Assembly (NCBI GenBank): GCA_965153455.1
Contig: OZ234493.1
Coordinates: 1,178,001 to 1,242,000, forward strand
Length of the DNA stretch: 64,000 nucleotides
Direction: 5' to 3'
DNA from: Sphagnum compactum
Taxonomy: Eukaryota
Below the pieces are notes generated by a model. The model did no database searches. It worked only from the letters and a program-made list of their open reading frames with translations, and had not been told where the DNA came from. How positions within the stretch are numbered: the first letter of the stretch is position 1; each line of letters starts with the position of its first letter. Shown one piece after another: positions 27,301 to 38,970 of the stretch. The position numbers and the translations under genes were made by a program.

Positions 27301-28072
27301 GCTTCTTCACAAACTGTGAGCAATGCGCACCGAATTCACCATGCCCATCAAAGACTCCGAAGAAATGAGTGCTGGGATCACCACCAAACTCTGAGCGGAC
27401 ACAAAAACTGTCCTGGTTTGCTTTCTCAAGTGCTTCTGGATAGTACCCTCTCTGTGTCAACACCGAATAGTGAAGATCAAAACTCCCTGCCAGAACTCGA
27501 ACCTGGCGGGAGCCATTGGTCTGCAGATCAAAGGGACTGCTGCCAATGGGAAGAAGAAGAGCATCATCATCCACATCAAGGTCCAATTCACTCAATGCCA
27601 GGATGCCATCAGCATGTGTCTTGGAATATGGCGTGTTTTGGTAGAGGACACCTGATTTTGATGATCTATTGTGCGTTGTCTTCACCTTGGGTACAAATCC
27701 TACTGCAGGCTTGTTCCCTGCTTCTTCTTGTTGGTCCTCACCATCGATGATGGCAGCATTGGGAGCTGCTTGTCTGGGTTTAGGGTTTGTTGCAACGGGA
27801 ACTTCTGACCTGCTCTTTGAACGTTGAATTGATGCTGGGGGGGTGGTGGTGATCTTCTTCACCTTGTTGGCAATTGTGGTGGTGCTGATGCTTCTCGTCT
27901 GTTGTTCTTGTAGTAGTAGTTGTCCAGACTTGTGCGTGCTTGCGCTTCGCAACGGAACCGGAGGTCCCCAAGCGTCTGTGTCATGGCTGCCAATCAGGTG
28001 TTTGTTATCACTTCTTGCTGTTGCATGCTGGGGGATATCATTGTCATATCCTTTCGAGTTGAAGCATCCCAT
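21369..28072 (-). CDS. Protein phosphatase 2C and cyclic nucleotide-binding/kinase domain-containing protein (plant PKG-like PP2C-cNMP-cNMP-kinase fusion; ~1190 aa, 15 exons)
   Basis: Exons 28072-26714, 26466-26335, 26226-26005, 25780-25655, 25509-25447, 25151-25063, 24809-24578, 24367-24036, 23661-23580, 23346-23280, 23074-22797, 22642-22577, 22371-22250, 22113-21957, 21614-21369; phases consistent, 3573 nt. N-terminal MGC acylation motif; PP2C motifs NQDS, FGVFDGHG, ANVGDSRA, ASDG, DDIT; cNMP motifs FGELAL and YFGEWVLL; AGC-like kinase motifs FTICGMADFLAPEI, DWWAVGV, RLG, IKDHPWF. Confidence 0.95.
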
Positions 28073-28529
28073 GATGATGCAAGAAGACAAAGGATGGAGG
28101 AAAAAGGAGTGTTAAAATCAGAGTACAACAGTAGTAGAAGAGATTGTGGCTGGTGGTAATGGTGGCGTATTTCGTCTTCTTCCTCTTCTTCTTCTTTCCT
28201 CCTCCCCCTTCCGCCGCATATTTCCTTCCTCCTTGCTCTTGACATACCCCAGAAAATACTTCGACGACCGCCTCCTCTTCCTCCTCCTCCTCCTCCACCT
28301 CCACCTCCACCTCCTCCTCTCTATCTTGTGTTCTCCTGTCGACTGAAGAAGAATCTGCTGCTGCTCCGGGTCTAAGAATCTCTCAGCTTACAATCTTTGC
28401 ACCTGCGATCTTGTTGTCTATCCACAATGCCCTCAAGTTCTTTGCCAAAATCAGAGCGCAAGAGAGTGATCGGGACTCGCGAGAGAAAGAGCCACACACT
28501 CGCATCGCCGCGCGTACACACAGACGGGC

Positions 28530-28680
28530 GGGATACGGTCCCGGTATCACTCGGCATACAGACATACGATCCTCGGCGTTGCGCATGAATACATATATAC
28601 GATCCGCGGTACTACGCGTACATACATACGGTTCCTGTATTTCGCGTAGACATATACGATTCCTATTGCCGCGCAGAATG
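28530..28680. promoter_or_regulatory. CpG-rich promoter/5'-leader array of five ATACGRTYC motifs with CGCG boxes upstream of the PKG-like gene
   Basis: ATACG(G/A)T(C/T)C at 28533, 28564, 28597, 28626 and 28654 (spacing 28-33 bp), with several CGCG cores in between. Function is inferred from position only. Confidence 0.4.
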
Positions 28681-30355
28681 AGAACGGGATTCCGTTTCCC
28701 GTGTCAACCCTCCCCTACCTGCCCCCCCCACCCGCCCCCTCCCCTCTCTCTTTTGTCCTTTTTAGCAATTTTCTGATCCTCGTTTTTATTTTATTTTAAT
28801 ACAAAGAGTTATGGATTTACTTAGGAGTGCACCGACCAAAATTATTATTATTTAATTAATATTGGCTCGGCCTCACCCTGTAAGAGTCAATGATCTCAAG
28901 GCCTTCCAATTTTCCAATGGCCCATATGGGGGGGGTGGGCCGCTTCCAACTTGAGTTGATTAATGGTTGCCACTAGCATGGTGATAGAGCTAACCCCAGG
29001 TCAAGCAACAAGTCAAGGCCTTCTTCCCTAGGGCCCATCTTTTTTGCATATATATATTATATATATATATATTATTTATTTTATTTTCATTTTTTTTTGC
29101 TAACCCAAGTTATTGAAAGGGTCAAGGCCTTCCAATACTATTTTATGGGGGGAAGCAAAGCCAAAAAAATTCTTTTAAACACCCTCCCCACCCCCACCAC
29201 CATCCTTTCTTTTTCAACATCAACCAACAAAAAAGCTCGGCGTCCTTTCCATTTACTAATAAAAAATTTCATAGTCTCCTTAGTACACGGGAGTAGGGCT
29301 AATCCTTTGGCTCCATAAAAGATCCCTCCAACTTAGCACTGGATAGGCTTGTTACTCAGAACAGATTCCCCGGGATCCCCTAAAAAAGTGTGTGGTAAAA
29401 AGCCCGAGGCCATTGGCTTTACCGGAAAATAAGGGGCCCACACAAGGCAGAGCATGAGCCTGAAGCACCAAGACCAAGTGTAGTTTTTAGGTCTAAACCC
29501 TAAACCCTAAACCCCAGACCTCTTCTCCTAATTAGGGTTTGTGACAAAAAGTCCTTCCTTGCTTGCCCAAGAAGCATGATCAACATCCAACCCAAATGTT
29601 TGTGCATTTATTTCTGGATTTGTGTTAAGGCAAAGGATATTGTGTTTAGGTTCATTATAGAGTACCTAGTAGCTTAAGGGATTTTTATAGGCCCCTACTA
29701 AGTAATAATAAATAATAGGTCTATTTTTATTATTATATGAGGATTTTTGAAAGATGATATTTTGGCTTGTGTTGAAACTTGAGATTAGTTATTATAGAGT
29801 TATAATAATATAATATCTTGAAGGATTTTTTTGGGTTTCTTTTTAGAGGATTTTTTTTTTGAAGATTAATATTTTTGCATGGTGAAATATTTGGAGTTTC
29901 TATAATTCTTTTTTTGCCTTAAGATCCTTTTTAATGTAAATGGCAGCACCACACACCCACCCTTGTTGCATCAGAGTTCAAGTGCCTCACATTGGCAGCC
30001 AAGGAAAACAGCAGAAAAAGCATGGCAGGAATCAACAACTAGGAGATGAATTAACAACTCCCAAAAGCTCCCCCTTCTTCTTCCAATTTTGGTTCACCTT
30101 GATCTTCTTCTTCTTCATCCCTTTCCAGCAAAATTGTTTGCTATATGACTTGCCTGGGCAAGCCCATGAGTATCATCATCCTCTTCCTCTGGCTCTTTGC
30201 TCAGTTACTTGAGTATTGACACTTTATCATAGCACAAAAGCACTCAAAAGCTTCTTTGAAAGAAGTCAAAAGAACTCAAAAGCACTTTGATAGTTAACCT
30301 TTCAAAGTTTTCATAATCAGCTCGTTCTATGTCCTTAACATTTAAAAATTTCTTA

Positions 30356-30570
30356 TGGTGCATTTACACTTGATGTTAACTCAGTGTTAAATGTAAATCA
30401 ACTAGCGGGCAATTAGGCGGCGGGCGATGTTAAATAGGTGATAGCTTAATGTTAAGTGAATGTTAGCTTAACATAAAATCTTCATGGTAAGTTGGTTTAA
30501 GTCCTAAATGACTAACATGATGCTAGCGGACTCAACACTAGAATCCCTAACACCAAGTGTGAACACACGT
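30356..30570. mobile_element. Small MITE with terminal inverted repeats (PIF/Harbinger-Tourist-like)
   Basis: Left end GGTGCATTTACACTTGATGTTA and right end TAACACCAAGTGTGAACACAC form an imperfect ~20-bp TIR; flanks are TTA/TAA-like; ~215 bp and non-coding. Confidence 0.55.
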
Positions 30571-33500
30571 TAAGAGTCGGTTGGTTTTGGGTCTTCAATT
30601 TTGTTTTGTTTTTTAAAGAACCAGTTGGTTTCAGGGGTTTGGAGTATTCAAAGAGCCATTTTACAAGTCGATTTTTTAAGAGAAATTTAGTTAAGTATTT
30701 GACCAAAGTACATTACCCTAAAGACAACAAACATTCAAAACCTTTCATAACAGTTATGGAGAATTTGCATAACTTGCCTCCTATGAAATTGGGTGATCAT
30801 TAAACACCTATCCTTTAGGTTCATACATAGGTAATTCCAATTACCAAAGTGGGGAGCCATAACAACATACTTACCAATTTGTCAAACTATTAATAAATGC
30901 AATCATTGTTACTTTGATACAATAAATATGACAAAACACATTTTTCCACTACCACTTGAATTGTTATTATATTCATATGTAGGATTAGAGAACATTGGCA
31001 TGAACCACATGTGACTAGTAATGCCCCACCTTTGTAAATCTACTTATGCATTTGTAATTGTAACAATACATGCACATAAACACATATAAACAATCCAAGC
31101 ACAAAACATAAATTGACACATAAATAAAATATTACCCAAGCTTTACCAAAGCTACTAATTGTTCTAGCAATCCCATTATTTGATTTTAGGTATTTTCTTT
31201 AAATTCAACACATTTGTGATGTAAAATTTGAAGGTAAACACAATTGCAAATGGAATGGAGCTTGATGGGTTTTGATCAACAAATGTTGTCCTTTAACTAT
31301 TGGTAATGGGGATCGTGAATTCTGGCACATTGCCAACATTGTTGGTTGCCATCATGATAAGGGTCATGAACTTTAGATGCAACAAACTAAAAGAGAAAGC
31401 TTTGCCATAACTTGCCATTCCTCCAACCATAAGATATGATGATCCCATGTCGTTAAATACATAAACTCCACTAATATGTAGATTTTCTTTTTTGCAAGAT
31501 CCATCATTGCAAAACCCATCTTGCAAAAAATACACACACCCTTTGATCCAAAAAAATGCAACAACAAACCACAACAATTGTTGGAAGATAATGTGGCGAT
31601 GGACCTTCCAAGATGTTGTCGGAAACATTCACATAGGCAAGGTTATTTGCAACAAAACAATTACTTACATCATTATTTGATATTTCCCAATTAGGATTTG
31701 ATCAATTTCACCAAGACTTTTAAAACATGATTAAAGTCATATTACAACTATTAATGCACAATTGACTAGTTATTTTTAATGGTTGGTTTATTATGGTTGC
31801 ATTAACGTCAATTATGATTATTAAAAATCACTAAATATTCATTTTTAAAGATTAATATGATTATATTAATTTAATTTAAGTTGATTAAAAACTATCAAGA
31901 TTGTTAAAACATAATTAAGGATGTTTAAAAATTGATTAAAAATACTAAATCGATTAAAATCAAATATTGCTTGTAAGTTAAAAATGTGGATGATATGACA
32001 TAGCTAGGGTTTTATTAAGCCCATTATGGCAAGAAAATATAAACTTTGCATGATGTTTTGCAAGTAATAAAAGTTGTGATAGCACACAAACTTTATCAAA
32101 TATTCAAAGCCCAATCAAAAGTTTTGTGTTTATGGTTCATCACTAAACATTGAAGGAACATTTTGGTTCAAATCAACTAAATTCAATTGGTGCAAATGGT
32201 ACAACATTTTTTCAATTAATTGTTACATTCTAAACTTCCATTTCATTAAGTAAATGGATTCCATATCAAGAAGTCTCTACATGGAACCAACACAAACACC
32301 ATTTACTTAATTTTTCATAACATCAATTAGATTTTCAAGTTTTACAGCAATCCAATATTTTCCACATTTTTCTAGCTTTATGTCAAAGTAGTGTTTTCAA
32401 CAAAAAGTGTTCTATGTACGCAAAATAATATTTTAATATAACCCAAGACATATTAATTAATGCAAACTGAAAAGGAACACATGTCCCTATTTTTCCTTGT
32501 TTAGAAGAAAGGATAAGATAAATCTCTTGTTAACTTTTTCCAATTTGGGCATAGACCTAATTTGGACCATAACTTCATGGACCTAGTTGTATTCCCCTTG
32601 GCTTGAAGGTCTTTTTTCACATATATGTGAAGTTTGTTGATTTACAATGTTGAGAATATTTTTGATTTTTAGTTTAGATTTATCAACTCAAAAATATGTG
32701 AAATATCAAATATCACATAAGGATACATCTTCCATTCATTTCACCACATGTGAGGAGTTTTGTATTCATCTTCAAACATCTCCTTCATCATAAATTGCAA
32801 GAATTTGTCTTTAACAAAAAATAAAGCAACATTTATCATTTAGGACTTATGTTTTGTGAGAAGAATCTTTTCAATTGATGATTTTAGGATTCAAATGTTT
32901 GTAAACACAAAATTAAAAAAACATTAAAACATAATAATCAAATCAATCTACAACTTCAATAGCTTCGTCCTTCTAATATATTGTGCCACCTATGCAAACC
33001 CTTTGAAACATGGGTCCAATGTAAAATGCAATAGTATTTTGAACCATTTTTTTCCTAATTTTAATAAGAAAAATAAAATGGGCTTTTAACATGTTCATGT
33101 TCCGTTGACAAATTATATCTCAATTTTCATCAAATTATTTTGTTTTCTTTGAATGTATTGATGCAAATTGTGTTCACATTTTAATCATTATTAAAATGGC
33201 ATCAATAAGTGCATCTAACAACAACCAATAATCATGACATTAGTTTAAAACAAATAAATAAAGTTTCAAAAGAAAAAACAAAACCTTTTAACATTTGTTC
33301 ATATTTGTTGCAGGCTTGCATTACCAACAAACACCATCATCAAAGCATAGCTTGGGAAGGTGCTTTGCAAAGGTGTGATAGTTTGTAACGTAAATATCTT
33401 TTTGGGGAAGGGTGAAAATATTGGAATGACTTTTTGAAAGACATAAAAGCCAACAAGGTTTGGAAAGAAAGAGTGTTTAATGCAAATTGAGTTGACAAAC

Positions 33501-34781
33501 AAATCTAGAAAGATAAACCTAAGTTCATTGTCAAGGAAATTTGTATCACAAACATAGTAACTAGGATTATTGTACAAAAATAAGACATGAAAAGAGATGT
33601 TGTGAAGAGAGGTTGTTGGTAAGTAGTGCAATAAAAATGAAAATCATATGGCTAATCACACATTATAGCTATCACAAGATTGAGGAGAGGACATAAGTTA
33701 GATAAAGGTGTAGAGAGCCCAAATAAACAAGTAAAAACTTTGCATTCTTGTGAAGAAATGAGAAGGTCAAAAGAAAACGCCATGAAGAAGAAGATTATGG
33801 GTTCATCTGTAAGAAGGTCATAGGCTTGGGGTTTGAAGCAATGAGAATAGAAGAAGGATTGCTCCACCTTCCAACATAAATGTGTGTTTGTAAATATAAA
33901 GGGTTCCACATCCTCAAAAGGAAGGCGTTGGTTGTAAATTGATGTCGAGAGGTAACACGAAAGGGAGAGAGTCATATTGAAATAAGAAAGCTCGATGGAA
34001 ATCATGGTAGTAGAAATCATGGTTGGATGATTATCATCACGAAGGTGTAAAAGTGAAAATGTATGTAAATTATCGGAGGTATTGCTATCTAAAAATGTAT
34101 CTCGGCAACACACCTTGTTGTGAAAGAATGGAGTGTTTTAGGACATTGGCACCCTTATTTCAATGCTTGAAGAAAGAGGCAAGAGTTGTTGAAGGAGTAG
34201 AGACTAGAGACAATTGAAGTTATCCTTAAAGTCACCCTGTCTTTGAGCCTTTGTTTGACCTTGTAATCGGTGTATCATCCATCCATCATCCTCGTTTTGA
34301 TTGTACCCAGAAAGTAGGTGAAACTGAGTACTGTTTAACAAAACTGGGCATCAGTTCACAGGATACTTTTCTCACAATACTTTGATTTAAGTAAATAATA
34401 TGAGCCAGCAGTGAAGGTGCAAGTAAGGCAAATCCAAAACTGGGGATGAAACTCATGTGAGGATCAATGTAGGTGAGAAAACCAGTTTGGTCCTCTCTTT
34501 TCTTTTTTTTTTGTTCTTCTTCTTCCCCTTGTGTATTGTTTTTAATCCTAACTTTTGATATCGTCCCCAGTTTTGGCAAAACTTTCCGGATAACTTTGCA
34601 CAAAAACCCTAAAAAGAATTAAACTATTGAGCAATAGATTTTTGCAAATCTATCTAAAGTAGAATTTTTTTGCCTTTGGGATTTTTAAATTTTTTTTGGC
34701 TTTATACTAAACTTGATTTAGAGCACAAACTCAAAATCTACAAATTCCGGGGCTATCGTCGATGAAGGACTAATAATACGG

Positions 34782-37700
34782 TTATTGCATAACTCGGGAT
34801 TTGATGGATCTATTGGCGTTAATTGTAAGAAGAGTTCCCTCCAACGGTCGAAGGTCTCGGTAATAATACTCGGCCGCGGTCTGTAGGTTTCAAAAAACAC
34901 CCATGACCACGGTTTTTCTTAATTATTATTTCAAAAATTGTTTCAAAATAAAAAATAAATTTTTTTAGGAAATAAAAAGTAATAAAATTATGTGCCTTTG
35001 AATATTTTGTTAAAATTTTCCCCAAAATTAGTCAAATTTACACAAGAAAAACAACATTTCCCAAAAAGATTGACCCCTTTTTTTTTGGTATTAGTCAACA
35101 TAATTGAAGAAAATATGTAGACAATAATATTTAATGAAGTGGAAAAAATTGAAATAAAAAATATATATTCACAATATTAACAAAGGGTTCATTTGCCATT
35201 ATTTTATGTGCCAAACTTAGGAGAGGGGGTTTTTTTCAGTCACGAAAAAAAAAAAACAGGTTCAATGGAATGGCAAGTAAGTTTGTACATTTCCGGTTGT
35301 CGAATTTATTTTGCTTTCTCCAGTTGCAAAAAATCCCTTTGTGCCGCGGGGCCCCTAAAATCAAATTCCAAAAACAAATATTATAGAAACCCTAAAATCA
35401 AATCCTTGAAAGAACTAGGGTTTCTATCGAGTTAACCAGAGGTTAGATTGTGTAACCTAACCCCATGAAAAATGGCATCGGGTTTAGGGTTTAGGGTTTA
35501 GGGTTAAACCCAACAAACTGAAGAGAAAATGCAAAGTTTTATTTCCCTTCTGTTTTTTGTGCCCCAATATTTTATTTAGGGTCAAGTTTTTCAAAAGTCT
35601 GCAGGGCAGCCCTTTTTTTTTCTTTTTTCTTTTTTTCTTGCTGGTTATATATAGCCATAAAGCTGTATTAAAAATTAAAAGTGCTAAAAATCAAGTTTTC
35701 TTTAAGATTTTCAATAGCCAATATTTTGACCAAAATTTAAGAAAATTTGCCAGATTTTTCTATACATGGTTCGAGTAAGTAGCCAAAATAAAAAGGAGGA
35801 CATTTGACAAGATTTACTTTCACATTTAACTTGTAGCCAAATTTGGCCAAATATTCTTGTGAATCATTTGCCATTTTGGCTACATCACAAAATTGACCCC
35901 TAAAAAAAATTAAAAATTAAAAATCATAAATTATAAAAAATATTAAAATTAAATTAAATTTGAAAAATAATAATAATTAAATTTGAAAAAAAAAAAAAAA
36001 AAACTGGTGCAACAAGATAAGAATACTTCTTCCCAAGCAAATACTCAACTTAAGTTATAACTTAAAACACTGGATTTGCAGAGTGTTTGGGAATAGCTTA
36101 CAAAGCGAACTTCGTTTCGCATATCCTCCTCAGTGACCTTCTTGGGGAAAACATATGGCTTTGCTTCTGGGCAAGGAAGGGGGCTCTCATAATCCACATT
36201 CTCCGGGTTCAATAACTGAATCATCCATCACCCATGCAAAATTGGAAAAATTTTAATGGATCAATTACTTCATAATTTGTATTGAATTTTTAAATCTCTA
36301 TCCATCTATATAGACCTACTAGGATGATTAAGTGTTTGTTTGTTTGGATGGATGGATGTGACCGTCGTGCTCCGATAACCTTCCCAACCCATGTTGGCTG
36401 GTTATTGACCCGATTATCAAGCCAGTTATCAATAGCCTACGAGCTCCAGTTGTTGGTTGTTTGGAGGTTATTAGAAATCGTTAATAACCGGCCAACACTT
36501 GTTTTTTAACCCATGGCACTACCCAATTCATTTTTCCATAGTGCCACCAAAAAAAAAAACACACTTTTGGAACCCTAATTTTTCCAGTAGTAACCCTACC
36601 TGGAAAATTAGGGTTCCAAAAGTGTTTTTTTTTATAATCTTGCTTGTATAAAAACAAGGAAAAATTAGGGTTCCAAAAGTTTTTGATATAATCTTTGCTT
36701 GTATAATAAAACAATGGGAGAAATGTGCAAGTGAAGAGCAGGAAGCAGCAGACCCTGAATGGATATTTCACAGGTTCTTCCTTTGAAGAAATGGGTCTTA
36801 AATGTTCCCAGTGACCACAAGCTCCTGAGAATGGTTTGACTGCTTTGCAAGGTACTCTCTCTTGAGCTTCCTTCTCTTTCCTCTGAACATCATTCACTCA
36901 CACAAAGCCCAAATTCTTAACCAAAACTGTGAATAACCCTTTCACTGAACTAGTGAGTGAATATGAAAAGGAATGTGAATCTAGGATTTCTAACAGAATT
37001 TTTCTCAAGCAGAAATCCTGTCAAAGTGTTGGCCCAGATCTGAGTTGAAATTTGGGCACCTTTCCGTATTCAGTTGCAGAAAGTATTTCAGCCTTTTTAT
37101 TGAACCCACCAATTGGAATCTGAAATCTCCATTGGCCAAGTTACCATCATATGACCACATAACTCCACACCCAATTCTGGTAGCAAGTGGTTGAATTCTA
37201 ATAAAAAATCCTTCAACCTACCTGAGCTTGAATTTTTGAAACAAAATTATTCATTTGAGGTTTTGATTAAAAGGGGAAAAACAATGAGAATTCACTTGCG
37301 TTTGGGTTTCAAAAAACATTGAATCGATTCTTTGAGTCCAAAAGACGTGCACAGTTAGTGTTGGGTACTACTACCCACCTTGTTATGGTGGAAGTTCATG
37401 TCATTATATGATGACTGAAAAGTGGCCCGTTCATGGAATCCATCTCTATACTTGATATATGGGTCATTTCTATCCATCTCAAGCACTAGATGATCCCACT
37501 CCTCTGGCACTCGAACTCGAGAATATTCCACACTGCCAAAAACATAAACATGAGCTAAAAATCTCAGTTAAGGTAGGCTACATCAGAGACAAAGTTTTTC
37601 TCTTCATGATTCCAAATTCAAAGAGTCAAGTGACCCATTCTACTTTGGAATTTTGTGAATATTGATCTCTTGACTTGGTGGTGCATGGGTGTCTTCTATT

Positions 37701-38970
37701 TCGTGTCTACTCCATACCCCCAAGAACCTGAAGTAGTAATTAGGCATCAGAGGAGCACTTTCTACAGGATTGTTGAATAAGATCCATTGTACCCACAATG
37801 TATGAATCATGCATGATAGAATCTGGAAGCCAACAGCTAAACCCACTTGGCTAATGATAGATCCAAGTATTCACTACCCATCAAGGATTCTTCAATTGGT
37901 TTTTTTTCCTTCTTCCTTTCTCTAGGTTTGTTGCATACTTACCATTAATCTCAAATGGGTCTGTTGTATGTTTGGTTATTATCCTCATGAAAATCAAATC
38001 AATATTGTCCACATAGGTACCCCAACTTTCCAGTCTTTAGTGCGGGTTGGAATTTATGTATAAAAAAGTGCTATGCCTCAACATTGGATGCACAACTCTT
38101 ATCTAAACAAAGACAAATGGAGAATTGTGTTCCATGTGTTGTTCCTTTACAGGTTAGTGCCAGAAAAAACTGCAATGTGTGTTTTTTTTCATGTTTTCTT
38201 CTAATAATATTTGCATAGTTGGTTTGGCAAGGCTTGGAAGTTGGAAGCCCATACTCGTAAAATGATATATCTGTTTTGTATGGTTGAGGATTTTTCTTGG
38301 CAAGGCTTGGATGCCGGAACCATCCACCACCTTGCCTTGCTGGAAAATAGTCCGTAGCATTTGGTGCTGCAAACTGAATTGAATGAAGTTGAAAGAAAGC
38401 ATCATACAGGATTATTGTCAAGAAAAGCACAAAGCTTTGAAAGACATGAGAGAGAATGCAACTGCAGTCTGATCCAGTGACAAGTTTTTTGAAAAGTTGT
38501 TTGTCATAAATGAATTCATGATCCACACATCAGAATTCCTCTGGATCTGAAAATCTATAACATCAACTACAATCAGGCTATGTCCTAAATCCTAGCTCAT
38601 ACATTCTACAAGACCCATTTAAAGTATGGTTGCAATTTAATGAGAAAGCCAAACCCAATTCAACGGGCTTTCTTCATTATTTACTTGTTCAGATTCGGGA
38701 TTTTCTTTACTTTCACCTTAAGAGTGACTGACCACAAAATGTTGATATTGGCGGTCTTGACTTGACTAGGCTATTCTCTTTTGAGGGCAACAACATTTAG
38801 GTGAAAACTGAGATAAAATTCAGATGGGTTGGCCAGCCAGCCAGTCACATTAGGAGGTACAAGTTTAACAAAATTACATCTGTTTCATATAACGTTTCCC
38901 ATCGGGTGTTGGCACGAACTGTTTTTGGGTTCGATGGAATAGGCTTGTTGACCATAGCATGCGGCGCCAT
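34782..38970 (-). CDS. Uncharacterised small-exon protein, candidate flagellar microtubule inner protein (roughly 330-370 aa)
   Basis: Phase-consistent GT-AG exons 38970-38878 (MAPHAM...RWETLYETD), 38373-38255 (FAAPNATDYF...), an uncertain set between ~38070 and 37640, then 37532-37379, 37119-37060, 36882-36754, 36215-36102, 35354-35289 and 34880-34782 (TAAEYYYRDLRPLEG...VMQ-stop). The last six exons join without stop codons. Confidence 0.7.
35481..35506. repeat. Interstitial telomere-type (TTTAGGG)n tract; similar short tracts at ~9588, ~29496 and ~40207
   Basis: GGTTTAGGGTTTAGGGTTTAGGGTT read directly. Confidence 0.8.

Noticed and set aside
29996-30155. Two halves of the miR169 sequence (CAGCCAAGGA and TGACTTGCC)
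   Set aside because: They are ~140 nt apart with no splice sites joining them and no precursor hairpin; treated as chance.
30900-34220. AT-rich stretch with broken ORFs (similar at 40600-44000)
   Set aside because: Probably decayed transposon sequence, but no diagnostic motif could be identified by eye, so it was not classified.
37125-37225. Possible extra exon (VEGFFIRIQPLATRIG...) in the small-exon gene
   Set aside because: Its donors give the wrong phase or an implausibly short intron; the flanking exons join directly in phase 0.
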